DNA of 62,277 nt, counting the filler. It is 22 parts of 22 records of this genome, joined end to end, with 100 filler letters (N's around TTAATTAATTAA, not from the genome) between each part and the next. Parts side by side here need not be neighbours in the genome. Positions count along the whole stretch, not along the records: positions 31,180 to 33,324 come from SRR16133337_102297; positions 33,425 to 35,694 come from SRR16133337_102702; positions 35,795 to 38,896 come from SRR16133337_102835; positions 38,997 to 41,132 come from SRR16133337_102893; positions 41,233 to 43,308 come from SRR16133337_103030; positions 43,409 to 45,778 come from SRR16133337_103844; positions 45,879 to 47,965 come from SRR16133337_103860; 15 more parts are not named here. One strand, written 5' to 3'. The translations under genes were made by a program, and so were the position numbers. Below are positions 33,302 through 46,343 of this stretch, piece after piece. The notes below the pieces were generated by a model. It worked only from the letters and a program-made list of their open reading frames with translations, did not search any database and was not told the DNA's origin. Position 1 is the first letter of the stretch; every line of letters begins with the position of its first letter.

Positions 33302-35794
33302 AGATCGGAAGAGCGTCGTGTAGGNNNNNNNNNNNNNNNNNNNNNNNNNNNNNNNNNNNNNNNNNNNNTTAATTAATTAANNNNNNNNNNNNNNNNNNNN
33401 NNNNNNNNNNNNNNNNNNNNNNNNTGAAAATGCGAAAAAATGTGAAACATTTAAGATGTTTTAAACAAACAAATTACCTGAACCACCAAAAGAAAGTTTT
33501 TGTTTCTCGATTTTTGTGACAAAATTCCAAAATGGTATCATATTTCCTAAAAAAATTGACATTTTTCAACTTATACGTCGAATGCGATAATGACGGTGCG
33601 GGAGTAGAGGGACGATTTTTGGCATCTCTCAGGGCAAAAATAAATACGTTTGCACCTTTCAATTCCATTTGTCATTTCCAATGTTTCATTTTTCAATTGT
33701 GTACTCAAAAAACAATTGCCTGTGTTATTATATTAGGCACACAAAATGTGTTGGTTGTGTCACACAACTGGTTGTATCACGAAATTGGTTGTGTCACGCC
33801 GTTTGGGCAGGTATGTAGAATTGAAAACACTTAAGTTCTAACACAAATATCGTAATGTTGAAAAAAAGTAATTTTCGGGTCATTTTATATTAGGTGAATT
33901 GATTTTTTGTCTTTAGGATGGAGTACAAAGTTGTGCTTTTTGTTTTTCAATTTTTAATGTGCTTTAAAATCTTACGATATCCCATTTACACTTCGGAGTT
34001 CTACGGTTATTAGAAAATTACCACCAAAATTGTTTGTATCAATCTCGCGAAAAAATCAAAAGTCTGAAAACTGTTTTTGTAATTTTGCGTCAATTACAAA
34101 TGTTTGGAGCTATAAAAGTCTTTTTTGAATCTATCGCACTTCATTACATCACTACTAGCAGCTTTTTTGGCAGTCGTAAAACTCTAAAATACAAATTTGA
34201 GGAAGTATTCCTAATTTCGTTCGCATTTCAATAAATATATAGTAAAAAATCATTATTTTTGCTCCATAATACCTGATGTACAATTCGCGCCCAAACAAAT
34301 AATAAATTTAACAGTGATGTTTTGTTCGAATGTACTATTTTAATTAGGGTCGTCACGATCTGCGGAAACCAATGTCGTGCTGAGATGCGTGAGCTTTTGT
34401 GGTTTCGAAATGTGTTCAATTTGAGTGAATATCTTAGAGATCCAGAGGATGCACTTTGAGACGAAAAAAATGTACAATATCAATAAAATAAATTATGTAG
34501 TATTAGCTAGTATTAGCGATTGATTTATTTGGATGCCAAAATATCACCAGTCAAAAATTCAAAATTGCTTTTATTTTTAGTATTATTAAAAGCCATGGCG
34601 TCGCCCTTGCCATTTTTATCTCCTGCATCTGAGCATGTTGTAAAATGTGAAAATCATGAAAACGAGAAAATTAATATTTCTAAAGTTTCACAAGGATTTT
34701 GTGCATGACATTCGTTTGTAAATTAACAGAAACAGTTGAGTCGAACATAATGTCCTATATGTTTTACATTTTTAGTTTTAATAATATATATAACATTCAA
34801 CATTTCAAGAAAAAATATATACAAAAACGTACTATTATCATATATATACTGCTATTCTAGCTAGGAGTCAAATGCAACAGGATGTCGGAATTTGATAAAT
34901 TATATATGTTCTTGAAAGGGAAAATAGGTAATCCACGTTAATTAATAACGCTACTAATCAATCATTAATAGTTGATTCCATCAAATGGCATGACAGCAGG
35001 GCAAATTAATTTAATTATAGTATTGCGCTATTCGAGCAAACCTGCAGTATATATTTTTACACATTTTTCAAAACCAACTAGTTCACTGTGTGACGATTTC
35101 GGTTTTTTTGCACTCAGGGCAACCAGAGCCGCTGAGTGAAATGTTTTCCAAAAACACAAACAAAATGGCAAGCCCGCATATGTAGCATTAACTAAATACT
35201 CATACGGGTTGTGTTTTGAATGGTCGGTCAATTACGGGCAGTTGTATTGTTTTACATGTAGCACAGAACAGATAAAAGTGAGAGGGGAAGTCGAAAGGTT
35301 TTCTGGAATTCGCTACTGTCTTTAAGAAGTGTTAAAATTCTTATTATATAATTAAAACATTCCAAACAATTTGGTGTATTTTTTGATTTGGGTGCTTCAA
35401 AAGCCAAGAAAATACAACATAAATAAATTATTTGCACACGTGATGTTATGAAGTTTTGAAAAATTGCATTATACAGATTCCACCAACGTATGATATTCTT
35501 TCAATCTGCTATTTCAATACGAAATGCGATGTATATTTTCGTGAAGAAATTATAGATTCACAGCAGAGAAGGTGTAATTTGCGAGGGTTGCAAATCAATA
35601 GGGCACACTGATCAGAAAGTTTACCAATGGTCAAGCTTTCAACACTAAAAAGTTGCGGTGCTAAGCCAAAGCTGGAATAAAAAAATTAAACATCNNNNNN
35701 NNNNNNNNNNNNNNNNNNNNNNNNNNNNNNNNNNNNNNTTAATTAATTAANNNNNNNNNNNNNNNNNNNNNNNNNNNNNNNNNNNNNNNNNNNN

Positions 35795-36236
35795 GTTAGG
35801 AAATAAGGAGAAGTTTTTAGAAGGTATTAAAAAAGCAATTGAGTTAAGACCAGAAGATCCGCAGTTGCATTATAATGCAGGTGTCATAACATTGGAACAA
35901 GGATATGATCAAGAAGCAATAGATCATTTTAACGAAGCAATCCGTTTAAAACCTGACTATTCAGATGCCTATAATAACATTGGTGTAGCCATTTTAGAAA
36001 AAACAAAGCCAATGATTGAAGAGATGAACAAGAATTTATCAAACTTTAAAAAGTATGATGCCTTACTTTTAAAACAAAAAGAAGTTTATAAAGAAGCACT
36101 GCCCTATTATGAAAAGGCACTTAAATACAATGATAAAAGTCCAGAAATTATGAAAACATTAATTGGTTTGTATGAGGCTTTAGAAATGTATGATAGGCAA
36201 AAAGAAATAAAAGCAAAGTTGGACTCTCTTGAATGA
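35795..36236 (+). CDS. Tetratricopeptide repeat protein (5' truncated)
   Basis: KAIEL.PEDP..HYNAG, AIRLKPDYSDAYNNIG, ALPYYEKAL. Confidence 0.88.
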
Positions 36237-36259
36237 GTTAAAAGACAGATAGGTAATAT

Positions 36260-38245
36260 TTAACGTTTTTCTTTTAATATTGCAATTTCATCACGGAGTT
36301 TTGCGGCGGCTAAAAAGTCTAAATTTTTAGCTGCTTTTTCCATGTCCTTTCTCTTATTTTTAATTCTTTTTTCAATTTCATTTTTTGTTAAATAGGTCAA
36401 ATCTTCCTCTGCAGCGATATTTACCTCCATAGACGAATAAGAAGTTCCTTGATTTTGAAGCAAAGCATTGTTCAGTCCTTTTTTGATCTGAATAGGAGTG
36501 ATGTTATGGGTAGTATTGTATTCGATTTGTTTTTCTCTTCTTCGAGAAGTTTCTGAAATCATTAAGTTCATACTCTTCGTAATCTTATCTGCATATAAAA
36601 TAGCTTTACCATTTATATTTCTTGCCGCCCTACCTATCGTTTGTGTAAGAGATCTATGAGAACGTAAGAAACCCTCTTTATCAGCATCTAATATAGCAAC
36701 CAAAGAAACTTCTGGTAAATCTAATCCCTCTCGAAGCAAGTTAACTCCAATCAAAACATCAAATAAGCCTTTGCGTAAATCTTGTAAAATTTCAACACGC
36801 TCTAAGGTATCTACATCTGAATGAATATAGCGACAACGAATTTGAATTCGAGTTAAAAACTTTGCCAATTCTTCAGCCATTCGCTTGGTAAGTGTGGTTA
36901 TCAAAATCCGTTCATCCAGTTCAATTCTCTGTTGGATTTCTTCCGTTAAATCATCAATTTGATTCAAACTAGGTCTGACTTCAACAACAGGGTCTAGCAA
37001 ACCTGTAGGTCGAATGAGTTGTTCTACAAACAAACCTTCTGTTTTTTGCAGTTCATAATCTGCAGGAGTGGCACTTACATACAAAACCTGATTTTGAACT
37101 TTTTCAAATTCTTCAAATTTCAAAGGTCGATTGTCCATAGCCGCTGGAAGACGAAACCCAAATTCTACCAAATTTTCTTTACGAGATCGATCACCACCAT
37201 ACATGGCATGCGTTTGTGGTATCGTAACATGACTTTCATCAATGACCATTAAATAATCGTCAGGAAAATAATCCAGTAAGCAAAAGGGACGTGTTCCAGA
37301 ATTTCTTCCATCTAAATAACGAGAATAATTTTCAATGCCACTACAATATCCTAGCTCACGAATCATTTCCAAATCAAACTCTGTACGCTCTTTCAAACGT
37401 TTTGCTTCCAGATGTTTTCCTATTTCTTTGAAATAGTCTACCTGTTTCACCAAATCTTCTTGAATTTGATGAATGGCATTTTGTAAAACATCAGGAGATG
37501 TAACAAATAAGTTTGCGGGATAAATCGTAAGACTTTCAAATTGCTCAATAATCGTATTTTTTTCAACATCGAAAGATTCTATTTCTTCAATTTGATCTCC
37601 AAAGAAAAGAACTCTGTAGGCATATTCACCATAAGATGGATAAATCGTAATCGTATCTCCTTTTACCTTAAACGTACCACTTTTAATTTCTATTTCAGTT
37701 CTAGAATACAAGCTTGTTACCAAAGCATGTAAAAACTTAGTCCTGATGAGAAGCTGATCTTTTTCAATCGTAATGACATTCTTTTTAAATTCTATGGGAT
37801 TTCCAATTCCGTACAAACAGGATACAGAAGCAATCACCAAAATATCTCTTCTTCCAGACAATAGGGCAGAAGAAGTACTAATTCTTAATCGTTCTATATC
37901 CTCATTAATAGAAAGATCCTTTTCTATATAAACACCGCTTGAAGGAATGTAAGCTTCAGGTTGGTAATAGTCATAATAAGAAACAAAATACTCAACAGCA
38001 TTTTTAGGAAAAAACTCTTTAAACTCCACGTACAACTGTGCTGCTAAAGTTTTATTGTGTGCCAAAACCAAAGTAGGTCTGTTTATTCGTTCAATGACAT
38101 TGGCCACTGTAAATGTCTTTCCAGAACCTGTGACCCCTAATAAGATTTGGTATTTCTCATTGTTGTTGAGCCTTTTAGTGAGTTGCTCTATAGCTTCAGG
38201 TTGATCTCCCGTAGGTTTGTATGCCGATTGTAATTTAAAATTCAT
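36260..38245 (-). CDS. uvrB: Excinuclease ABC subunit B
   Basis: PTGDQP, GVTGSGKTFT, YYDYYQPEAY, DESH, RPTGLLDP and C-terminal UVR motif. Confidence 0.98.
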   Translation of the reverse strand: MNFKLQSAYKPTGDQPEAIEQLTKRLNNNEKYQILLGVTGSGKTFTVANVIERINRPTLVLAHNKTLAAQLYVEFKEFFPKNAVEYFVSYYDYYQPEAYIPSSGVYIEKDLSINEDIERLRISTSSALLSGRRDILVIASVSCLYGIGNPIEFKKNVITIEKDQLLIRTKFLHALVTSLYSRTEIEIKSGTFKVKGDTITIYPSYGEYAYRVLFFGDQIEEIESFDVEKNTIIEQFESLTIYPANLFVTSPDVLQNAIHQIQEDLVKQVDYFKEIGKHLEAKRLKERTEFDLEMIRELGYCSGIENYSRYLDGRNSGTRPFCLLDYFPDDYLMVIDESHVTIPQTHAMYGGDRSRKENLVEFGFRLPAAMDNRPLKFEEFEKVQNQVLYVSATPADYELQKTEGLFVEQLIRPTGLLDPVVEVRPSLNQIDDLTEEIQQRIELDERILITTLTKRMAEELAKFLTRIQIRCRYIHSDVDTLERVEILQDLRKGLFDVLIGVNLLREGLDLPEVSLVAILDADKEGFLRSHRSLTQTIGRAARNINGKAILYADKITKSMNLMISETSRRREKQIEYNTTHNITPIQIKKGLNNALLQNQGTSYSSMEVNIAAEEDLTYLTKNEIEKRIKNKRKDMEKAAKNLDFLAAAKLRDEIAILKEKR

Positions 38246-38439
38246 TTCACAAAAATAAAGGAACTAAGCTTAAATTCTATTTGATTTTTGTGTTAATTTC
38301 TACACACTCTATCCAACCAGATTTTCTAATTTTTGTTAGGTCTTTCAATTTTTTAAAAATCTAAATTGAGTTTCCTATTCCGTTTCTTTAAAAAGTGTTA
38401 ATTTTGAGTGGAGCTATTGTTGAAAAATTGTTATTTCCC

Positions 38440-38896
38440 ATGTCAAACGCTGATCTTAACATTTCTATTGCCTATTTAAAAGGGGTTGGTACTGCAAGAG
38501 CTGATCTTTTTGCCGTCGAATTAGGGATTCGTAAAATTGAAAATTTCTTTAGTCTGTTTCCTTATAGATATATAGATAGAACTCGTTTTTATACCATTAA
38601 TGAATTGCAACAAAATTCATCAGAGGTTCAATTAATAGGTCAAATTACGAGAATTGAAACGGTAAAACAAAAAAAAGGAAGTCGGTTGATAGCAACCTTT
38701 GAAGATGCTACAGGAACGATGGAACTGGTGTGGTTTCGTGGAACAAAATGGATAAAAGAGTCCCTAAAAATAAAGACTCCTTATGTTATTTTTGGAAAAA
38801 CAAATCTTTACAAGGGTAGATTTAGTATGCCACATCCTGAAATGGAATTGGTTTCTTTGTATAAAAAAAGTATCAAATCAGCAATGCAACCCATAT
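38440..38896 (+). CDS. recG: ATP-dependent DNA helicase RecG, N-terminal part
   Basis: YLKGVG..RA, FPYRYIDR, D.TG.MELVWF, HPE wedge-domain motifs. Confidence 0.9.
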
Positions 38897-41258
38897 NNNN
38901 NNNNNNNNNNNNNNNNNNNNNNNNNNNNNNNNNNNNNNNNTTAATTAATTAANNNNNNNNNNNNNNNNNNNNNNNNNNNNNNNNNNNNNNNNNNNNTATT
39001 TACGAATATTTGCCTTAAAATGAATTCAACAGGGTTACTTGTCAAAATTATATGTCCAGAGCTTCAAGGTGGTGTCCCGTTTTTCTTCAATCCCGGCTTA
39101 AAATCCTTAGACAATCTCCAACCTTAATTTGTCGTCTTTTAATTTTTGTACATCTTTCTTAGCTTGATAGAAATTAAATACTAATGTATTGAGGATGAGA
39201 AAAGGAACAATGTTTCGAAGTTGTTGTGATTCTTTTTTTTTCCTGACCTCAATATCGAAAATAATGTTGCAAATTTGTTTTTCAATGAAAATTCAACTTT
39301 TATTGTTTGCCGACTGATTTCTTTGAAAAATATCATGACAACGAGACCTTATTAATTTCAGTTTAGAGGTGCTGTTGGGAAATCAATATATTAGCGAGTT
39401 CACATTCCTTTTGGTATCAAATTTTATTTTTATTTTTGGAAAAATAAGTCTTTTCGAGAAAAAAACACAAATTTGCGATTTCTCAGCAATGAGTCGAAAT
39501 ATTTTCATAGATTGGCGTAAAATTTTTATTTTGTTTGGTTTTGGTGGGAACATTTCAATGAGACTCATTTGTTTGTGAGGTGTTTCAACAGCTTAGAATA
39601 AATTGTGAAAAATTAACATTAATTGGGTTTTTTCATTGTGAAAGCAAAAATGTGAAAGCTTTTTTATTTTCGCATGCAAGATACTTGCTTCCAACATACA
39701 CTACAAATTGTTGAAGTCCCACCACCACAAATTGGAGAAATTGGAAATTTTTGCAACTGAGTCATTAATTCTTTACGATACAGAAATACCTTTTGTAAAT
39801 TAAATTTTACTTATTTTGAGATCCAACAACAATACGGTGTCATTAAATTTTGAAAGCTTAGGTCCTATCGCTACGGGAGCATATATATTTTGTTAATAGG
39901 AGGCAGATTTCATTGAAGGACATTTTTCAAATTGCACATGCACGAGCGAATTTTCATTGCCAGTAATTTTTAAGAACAAAACCGTTCGTTGCTTTCTTTT
40001 TTTTGAGGAGAGGGGCATGGTTGCCTGATTTTTTAAAAGACTACAAAACATTTCGTTTCATGATAAATACAATCCACCACAAAAATCACAGTAAAAGTGT
40101 GGGACCTTATAACAAATTGTGAACACCACCTCCAACCCAAATTTCACGTGCACTGCACTTCAAGAAACGTGAATGTGTTCAATATGTTACAAAAAGGCTG
40201 GTTGACACGTATTTTTGGTTTTATTGTATTATCATATAAAGTATATTTATTTCGAAGTACATAAACTTTTAAACCTAATCCTAAAATATCTGCCCTAATC
40301 CTTATGTTCACTGTGTCATGTCTTGTGAAAACGTTAAACTTGAGGAAGGAGCAAAGACAGGTAGCCGTACAAAATTTGTTAACAAACGCCTTGCAATTGA
40401 GGACACCAGTTTAATTTTCATTTCCTTATTTTCTTTTTATCATTCACCAAAACACTTTTTTTCTTTGCATGTGTGCGTGTAAGTGGTAAAACCACCTGTT
40501 GATCATTCGAAAATAAAAGGTTGTATGAATCAGGCCAACAAGAGGTGGTTGTAACTCGGCAAAATGCTCGTTTGTTTCGGAATTGGTTTGCACGTTCGCC
40601 ACCAGACTAAACTCAGGGCATATTAATTTTCACATTTTTTTTCATGCATTTTCTCTGATGAAATAACAATCTTGGCCACCCAGTAAAAAGCTGTAATGCT
40701 GCAAGGCCTAGAACATTTCTTATTACTTTTAGCTCATGTTATACTTTTTTGTTTTTTCTTTCATAATTCTAGTGAAAATAAAATTGCGTAGATTTAATAA
40801 TTTAATGGCATGTTTAATGGTGTAACACAAAAAAGTAAACAACCTTGATTCGCAATCCCGTTTTAATTACAAAAGTTAAAAACAAATTTGTACTTGCCAA
40901 AATAAATGTCAATGAAAAGAGTCTTTATTCGTATAATTCGAAACTTTTGTGAGAATATGGTGGTATCTTTGAAGGGGTTTATTCTGTTTGACTTTTTTGA
41001 GCAATTTGAGTATTTCAATGCAGCGTAAAGTGACATTGTCACGACCGAAATGAGAAGAAGAAATTTTTTTTTTGTCAAGAATCATTGCTTGTGTTGGTGT
41101 GTAAATTAGTTTTCTTTATTTGCATTCGTTCCNNNNNNNNNNNNNNNNNNNNNNNNNNNNNNNNNNNNNNNNNNNNTTAATTAATTAANNNNNNNNNNNN
41201 NNNNNNNNNNNNNNNNNNNNNNNNNNNNNNNNAGTAAATTAAAAAACAAACAAAGAAA

Positions 41259-41328
41259 CCCTAGCTGGCGCGTCAATTTCCTTCAAAATAGATCACAAGC
41301 GCAAGCTATCCGCTTCTGCCAGCTAGGC
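41259..41328 (-). pseudogene. Degenerate tRNA-like relic (A-box and terminal stem intact)
   Basis: CCTAGCTGGC/GCCAGCTAGG inverted repeat and A-box TGGCAGAAGCGG, with no intact anticodon or T arm. A separate T-arm-like piece lies at 41593-41620. Confidence 0.35.
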
Positions 41329-42012
41329 ATAAGGCCGCCACGCTGAATGCGCTTTTCTTGGAATGTTGTATATTTTATGATTCTCTCTTTTTGATTTTCA
41401 CATTTTTCATAAAAGTTAATTATGATTTTTAAACTTAATATTTATGTGAATCTGATATAATTTTTACATTACAAAAATTTCATGTATGCAAAACTCACAT
41501 CTCAAAAATGGCATAGAGAAAATGTTACAAATCGAACATTCACATATCAAAATTTTCACGTTTCAAATTATCAAAAAAACAGAAAGAAAAAATGCCATTT
41601 GTGGGATTCAGACCCACGACATCAGTTTTTTGTTTGTTTGTTTGTTTTTAACTCTTGCCTAAAAAATAGTAGTAAATTAGAATGCAGACCAATGCATGTT
41701 GACCAAAAACAAAACCTTGTGGAAATTTGAAAATTTAAAGGAGAACCAATGAAAACACTGCCATTTATGGTACCAAACAGAAACACAATCAACTTACTTA
41801 TTGCACCATGTCAACAAAAAAATCAGCCACATGACTCCAGCATTTTGTAACACAAACCAATCAAAAATGAGACGGAATGTTATTTGCTTTCGCAAAGAAT
41901 AAAAACAATATCGCAGTATATAATTTCAGAAAATGGACACATGTAAATAGATTAAAAGACGCCGGATTATTTTTTTACATCGTGTGCGAAAAAAGGCATT
42001 TTTCATAAAACA

Positions 42013-42301
42013 ATGGTGTACTCCCACTCATCACAAACAAACACTTTCGTGTACCCGAAGTCAGTACAAAATTTCTGTGAATCTCAAAATACATTTACAA
42101 ATGGATGTTTAGAAACCGAACCTAGAGCAGTCATAGCTGTCAGATTAAATGATTCAGAGATGGTATCTCTTGCCAAGGCCTTGAGATTGGATAGAACGCT
42201 AAAAAAACTTCGACTGTGTGATACTCAACTTCGTGCCGACGGGACAAAGGCATTGTCTGATTTAATTTCTTCAAACTGCGCAATTAAATATTTTTCCATT
42301 T
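42013..42301 (+). CDS. Eukaryotic RNI/NLRC3-like leucine-rich repeat exon
   Basis: LNDSEMVSLAKALRLDRTLKKLRLCDTQLRADGTKALSDLI, ending at a |GTAAGT donor. The 5' boundary is uncertain. Confidence 0.6.
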
Positions 42302-45300
42302 GTAAGTATAAGGATATCGTATATTTCTCGAGTTTGAGCAAAAATCAATATTTTTATGATTTTTTTAAACACAGATCTTGTTTTCAAGACTTATGTACTA
42401 GGTAAAAAACAAAGCATTATTTGATTCATAAAAAATGAAAAGGCATTTACCCGGAGTAACCCCATCACTCCGTCTCACATTACCACGCAAGATGTACTTC
42501 ACAAACCCACGTTTCCCCAAAAAGTGAGAATTTTCGAGTGGAAAGGATGGGAGTAATCTGTATGCATTTTCATATTTTTGTTTATTCTCTCTGAGCGATT
42601 AAATAAATAATGAGAAACCAGAGACGAATATTTGGTTGAATCTGATAAATTTTTTGTCCACATCTTTCATGCCTTGTTTTAATAGTTGATTTTGTGCTCT
42701 TGGAGTGTAAATGTTTTTTCCCTCCAAATGTGAAAAATTTTGTTTTTGATATTCATGGATTTGATTGTTCATGGCATGCCAAATGTTTACGGCCAAAAAA
42801 TGAAACTCAAAGTCAGCGAAATTTGTGAATGAAAAGTGGGAAATAAAACGAAAAATGATGTTTTGAATTTTGTAAAAGAAAAAACTAATTCTCGTTACAC
42901 TTGAGGGTCAAAGATTTTGAGCGTGGTATATACGTTATAAAAAAATTATACCAAGCGAAGCTCGTTTTTTAGGTTCCACCCCTAATAATGGACGGAAAAG
43001 TTAAGTTCCGCCCCTAATATTTTGCTTTTAAAAAAATGGCGGCGTTTTGTGTGTGTGTGTGTTTGACATTGCAGCGAAGCCTGGATTTTTTTAAAAAACA
43101 AACAAACATTAGGTATACGTATAATCACGAATTTTTTGAGGAAGGGGTCCTAAGGTATTTGAGGGTGTGGTCTGAGGAGAGGAAAAACATTTTCTTGGGA
43201 AAACACTGCAAATAGCAAATATAGTTCCAGATGTTCAAGAAATTATATTACCATTTTCAAAGTATTTCGCAAAAAACACTCTTTCGTCACTAATTCAGCC
43301 TAAAGTTCNNNNNNNNNNNNNNNNNNNNNNNNNNNNNNNNNNNNNNNNNNNNTTAATTAATTAANNNNNNNNNNNNNNNNNNNNNNNNNNNNNNNNNNNN
43401 NNNNNNNNCAGACGTGTGCTCTTCCGATCTAAAATGCATAAAAACGTGTAAATATTGTGTTATAATATGTGTAATACACAGACTGACAGATATCTAAAAA
43501 AATGGCACAACAAATTGGTGCGCTAAAACATCCATAATTAACTAACGGATGTGTTGGAAAGGCACTGGCCTCGAGAGGAGGTTCTGAAAGCTCAACATTT
43601 CATACAACGAACAATCATGGAACAAAAAGCTAAACCCTAACATAAAAATGCTCAAAAACATCTTTGTTATACCCTGAAACAAACAAAGAAAATACACAAA
43701 CAAGCAAGTCGTGGTTACAATCTACCAAATAAGAGGAAATATTTTCCTTTGACATTTGTCACAGTAGATATTTCAAGAAAATAGAGGATTGTGAATGAAG
43801 TAAAAATCTCATATGAAAGTCAATTCAAAATATCATAATAATTTTTTAGTTGTATTTTAACACTATGTGTATTTTCCACAGCATCCTGAGACATATGATG
43901 TACCAAATAAAATTGATTCGAGTGCTGGAAAGACGTATGAATACATTTCGAATTTGTAAAAAAATGTTTCTCGTTTTGGGGATATGTGGCAATTTGTGCT
44001 ATATTTTGTTTAAAAGGCTACATAATAAAACTTCGTAATATTTGTCAAACCACACACAATCTCAGAATAGTGCGGGAATAAAATATATACAAAAATGTGT
44101 TCACCCGTGCCCTGCAAAGTTTATTATGTAGCTGCTCAACCAATAATTACTGTAAACTTTTTCACATACGACATATTATCTCCAAAACATACAATTGTTC
44201 GAACATGTATCAAATTTCCTATTTTTGGGAAGAGATCATTAGTTGTTGCTGTTTTCATCTAATGTGTTTCTTACACAACGTAGAGTGTCAAAATTATAAA
44301 TCTAGTAATTAACAAAACTATGTAAGCACGAACGGAAACAAGAATTCTACATCGCACAATCCAGTCCGTAAAGTGAACAATACTCAAATATATATCTATC
44401 CCGTTTTGCGGATACATTGTTCAACAAGTTGAACATACGTTTCACAACAATGCAGGTACAATTGACATGAATGAGAAGCAGTGCATCTCTCCTGCATTTT
44501 AACAACGTTTTTATAAGAGAAAAATACAAAAAGAAAAATGAATTTTTGGCTTTAAAGTATTAGAAAACAAAAAAGGAAATTTCATAAACTGTAAGTTTGT
44601 ATCAAGGACTTCATATTATAAAATTCAATAGCATTGACACATGATGTTGTGAAAGGCCTTAAAGCGAGTTTCCCACCTCTAACGTTGGAAAATTGAAAAT
44701 GAAGGGTCACACCATAATTATGCATATTTCAACAATTTTCTTAATAACTTTTGTGTGGCGGGGTGAGATTTCACAAGTGAGAAGAACATTCAATTGAAAA
44801 AAATTGTCCCGGATGAATTTCACACGATATGACAAATTAATATTGTAGTTTTTGTTCTTTGCTACACATTTTCTGAAAAATGCCAGAAATTTAAATTGCA
44901 CTCTTTTCACAAGAATATTTAATTTTGCAGCATTTACCTTTGTCAAATTTAGATGTCTGTAATCGGCTCTAACTCCGTGTTAGAGGCGTTTTTTCTGTTG
45001 TCCTCTATGATAGAAGACGAGGATTCCAAATTTATATTTAGGTGAGGTTTCAAATATATTCTCTCGAATTATTTATTAAAAACACTCAAGGTAATCTCGG
45101 AGGCATGTTTTTATCTTGTTTCTTTTTCTATAATGTTTGAAATCTGTCGAAAGCTATATATTGGAGAACAAAATAGTTTGAATGTGCAAATTTTACATAT
45201 TCCGAAAAAACGCGTTTGGTGCTGCCAAAACGTGTTAGACTAAACGTGTTCAGTTGTGTTGAAAAACTTTTCTGGAATTGAGTTTTGTCTAAAGATTTGG

Positions 45301-46034
45301 AACACAACATTCTAAAACAAGTACACATTTAAATTATATTTTTTTGAATTTCTCACTCTGCAGGTAAAATACTGAATTATATTCGAGAAAGTAGGACCTG
45401 CAATTTCTTATTATCAAAGAAGAACAGTTTTGAATTTCATGAAAAATAGAGAAACTCTCTTTAACAAGCCGACGCTATTATGATGCGTTGCAAGATATAA
45501 ACTATTCACAATTGGCACTTGATGCTTAAGAATGTACAACCGTGAGAATAATTATAATTGTGAAAAATATTTTTTGAGGCTTTATAACCGTCGAGCCATT
45601 AAGAAGATACAATTTAAATGTGTTTTTCCAAAACAAAACTTTGCCACACAGACCCACCTCCCTCAAACATCTTCGGACACACGTGCCCAAAATATTCTTG
45701 CTTATATAATGATACAAAAATTATTAAAATAAAAATCGCCAACACTTTTTTGACGACCGCTATTAGGGTGAAACTCCTNNNNNNNNNNNNNNNNNNNNNN
45801 NNNNNNNNNNNNNNNNNNNNNNTTAATTAATTAANNNNNNNNNNNNNNNNNNNNNNNNNNNNNNNNNNNNNNNNNNNNGGCGAAATTTTCAAGCATAGCA
45901 GTAGCTATATTTTTTGCCTATGCTCAATATCCAACACCAAAAAAATAAAAGAGTAAAATTTTCCACCCAAAACCTTTCCATTTCAAAATAAATATTTAAA
46001 TTTGGACATGATTAGTCTAAAATAAATTTGTCCA

Positions 46035-46343
46035 ATGAAGTCATTAGGAAATATTTTAAAAGTTGCACGAGAAGAAAAGGAAATGATTTTGAGAAAAGTA
46101 TCGGCAGAAGTAGATATTGATCAATCTTTGATAAGCAAATTTGAAAAAAACGAAAGAAAACCTACCAAAGAGCAACTACTTAGACTTGCAAAATTCTACG
46201 AACTTTCTGAACAAGAACTAGTCATAAATTGGTATTCTGAAAAAATTGCAGACGATTTAAAAGACACGCAAGAAACAACTGAAATTTTAAGAGTTGCAGA
46301 AGAAAAAATTAATTATTACAAATCTCAAGAAAATGGAAAATAA
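46035..46343 (+). CDS. XRE-family HTH regulator (R-M controller-like)
   Basis: LGNILK.AREEK...LRKVSA...IDQSLISKFEKNERKPT; overlaps the MTase start. Confidence 0.88.
   Translation: MKSLGNILKVAREEKEMILRKVSAEVDIDQSLISKFEKNERKPTKEQLLRLAKFYELSEQELVINWYSEKIADDLKDTQETTEILRVAEEKINYYKSQENGK

Noticed and set aside
33425-35694. Many short ORFs in AT-rich eukaryotic contigs (also 38997-41132, 43431-45778, 55332-57409) and antisense ORFs inside bacterial genes
   Set aside because: F/K/I-biased chance ORFs or shadows of real genes. A few may hide exons, but no product could be supported.
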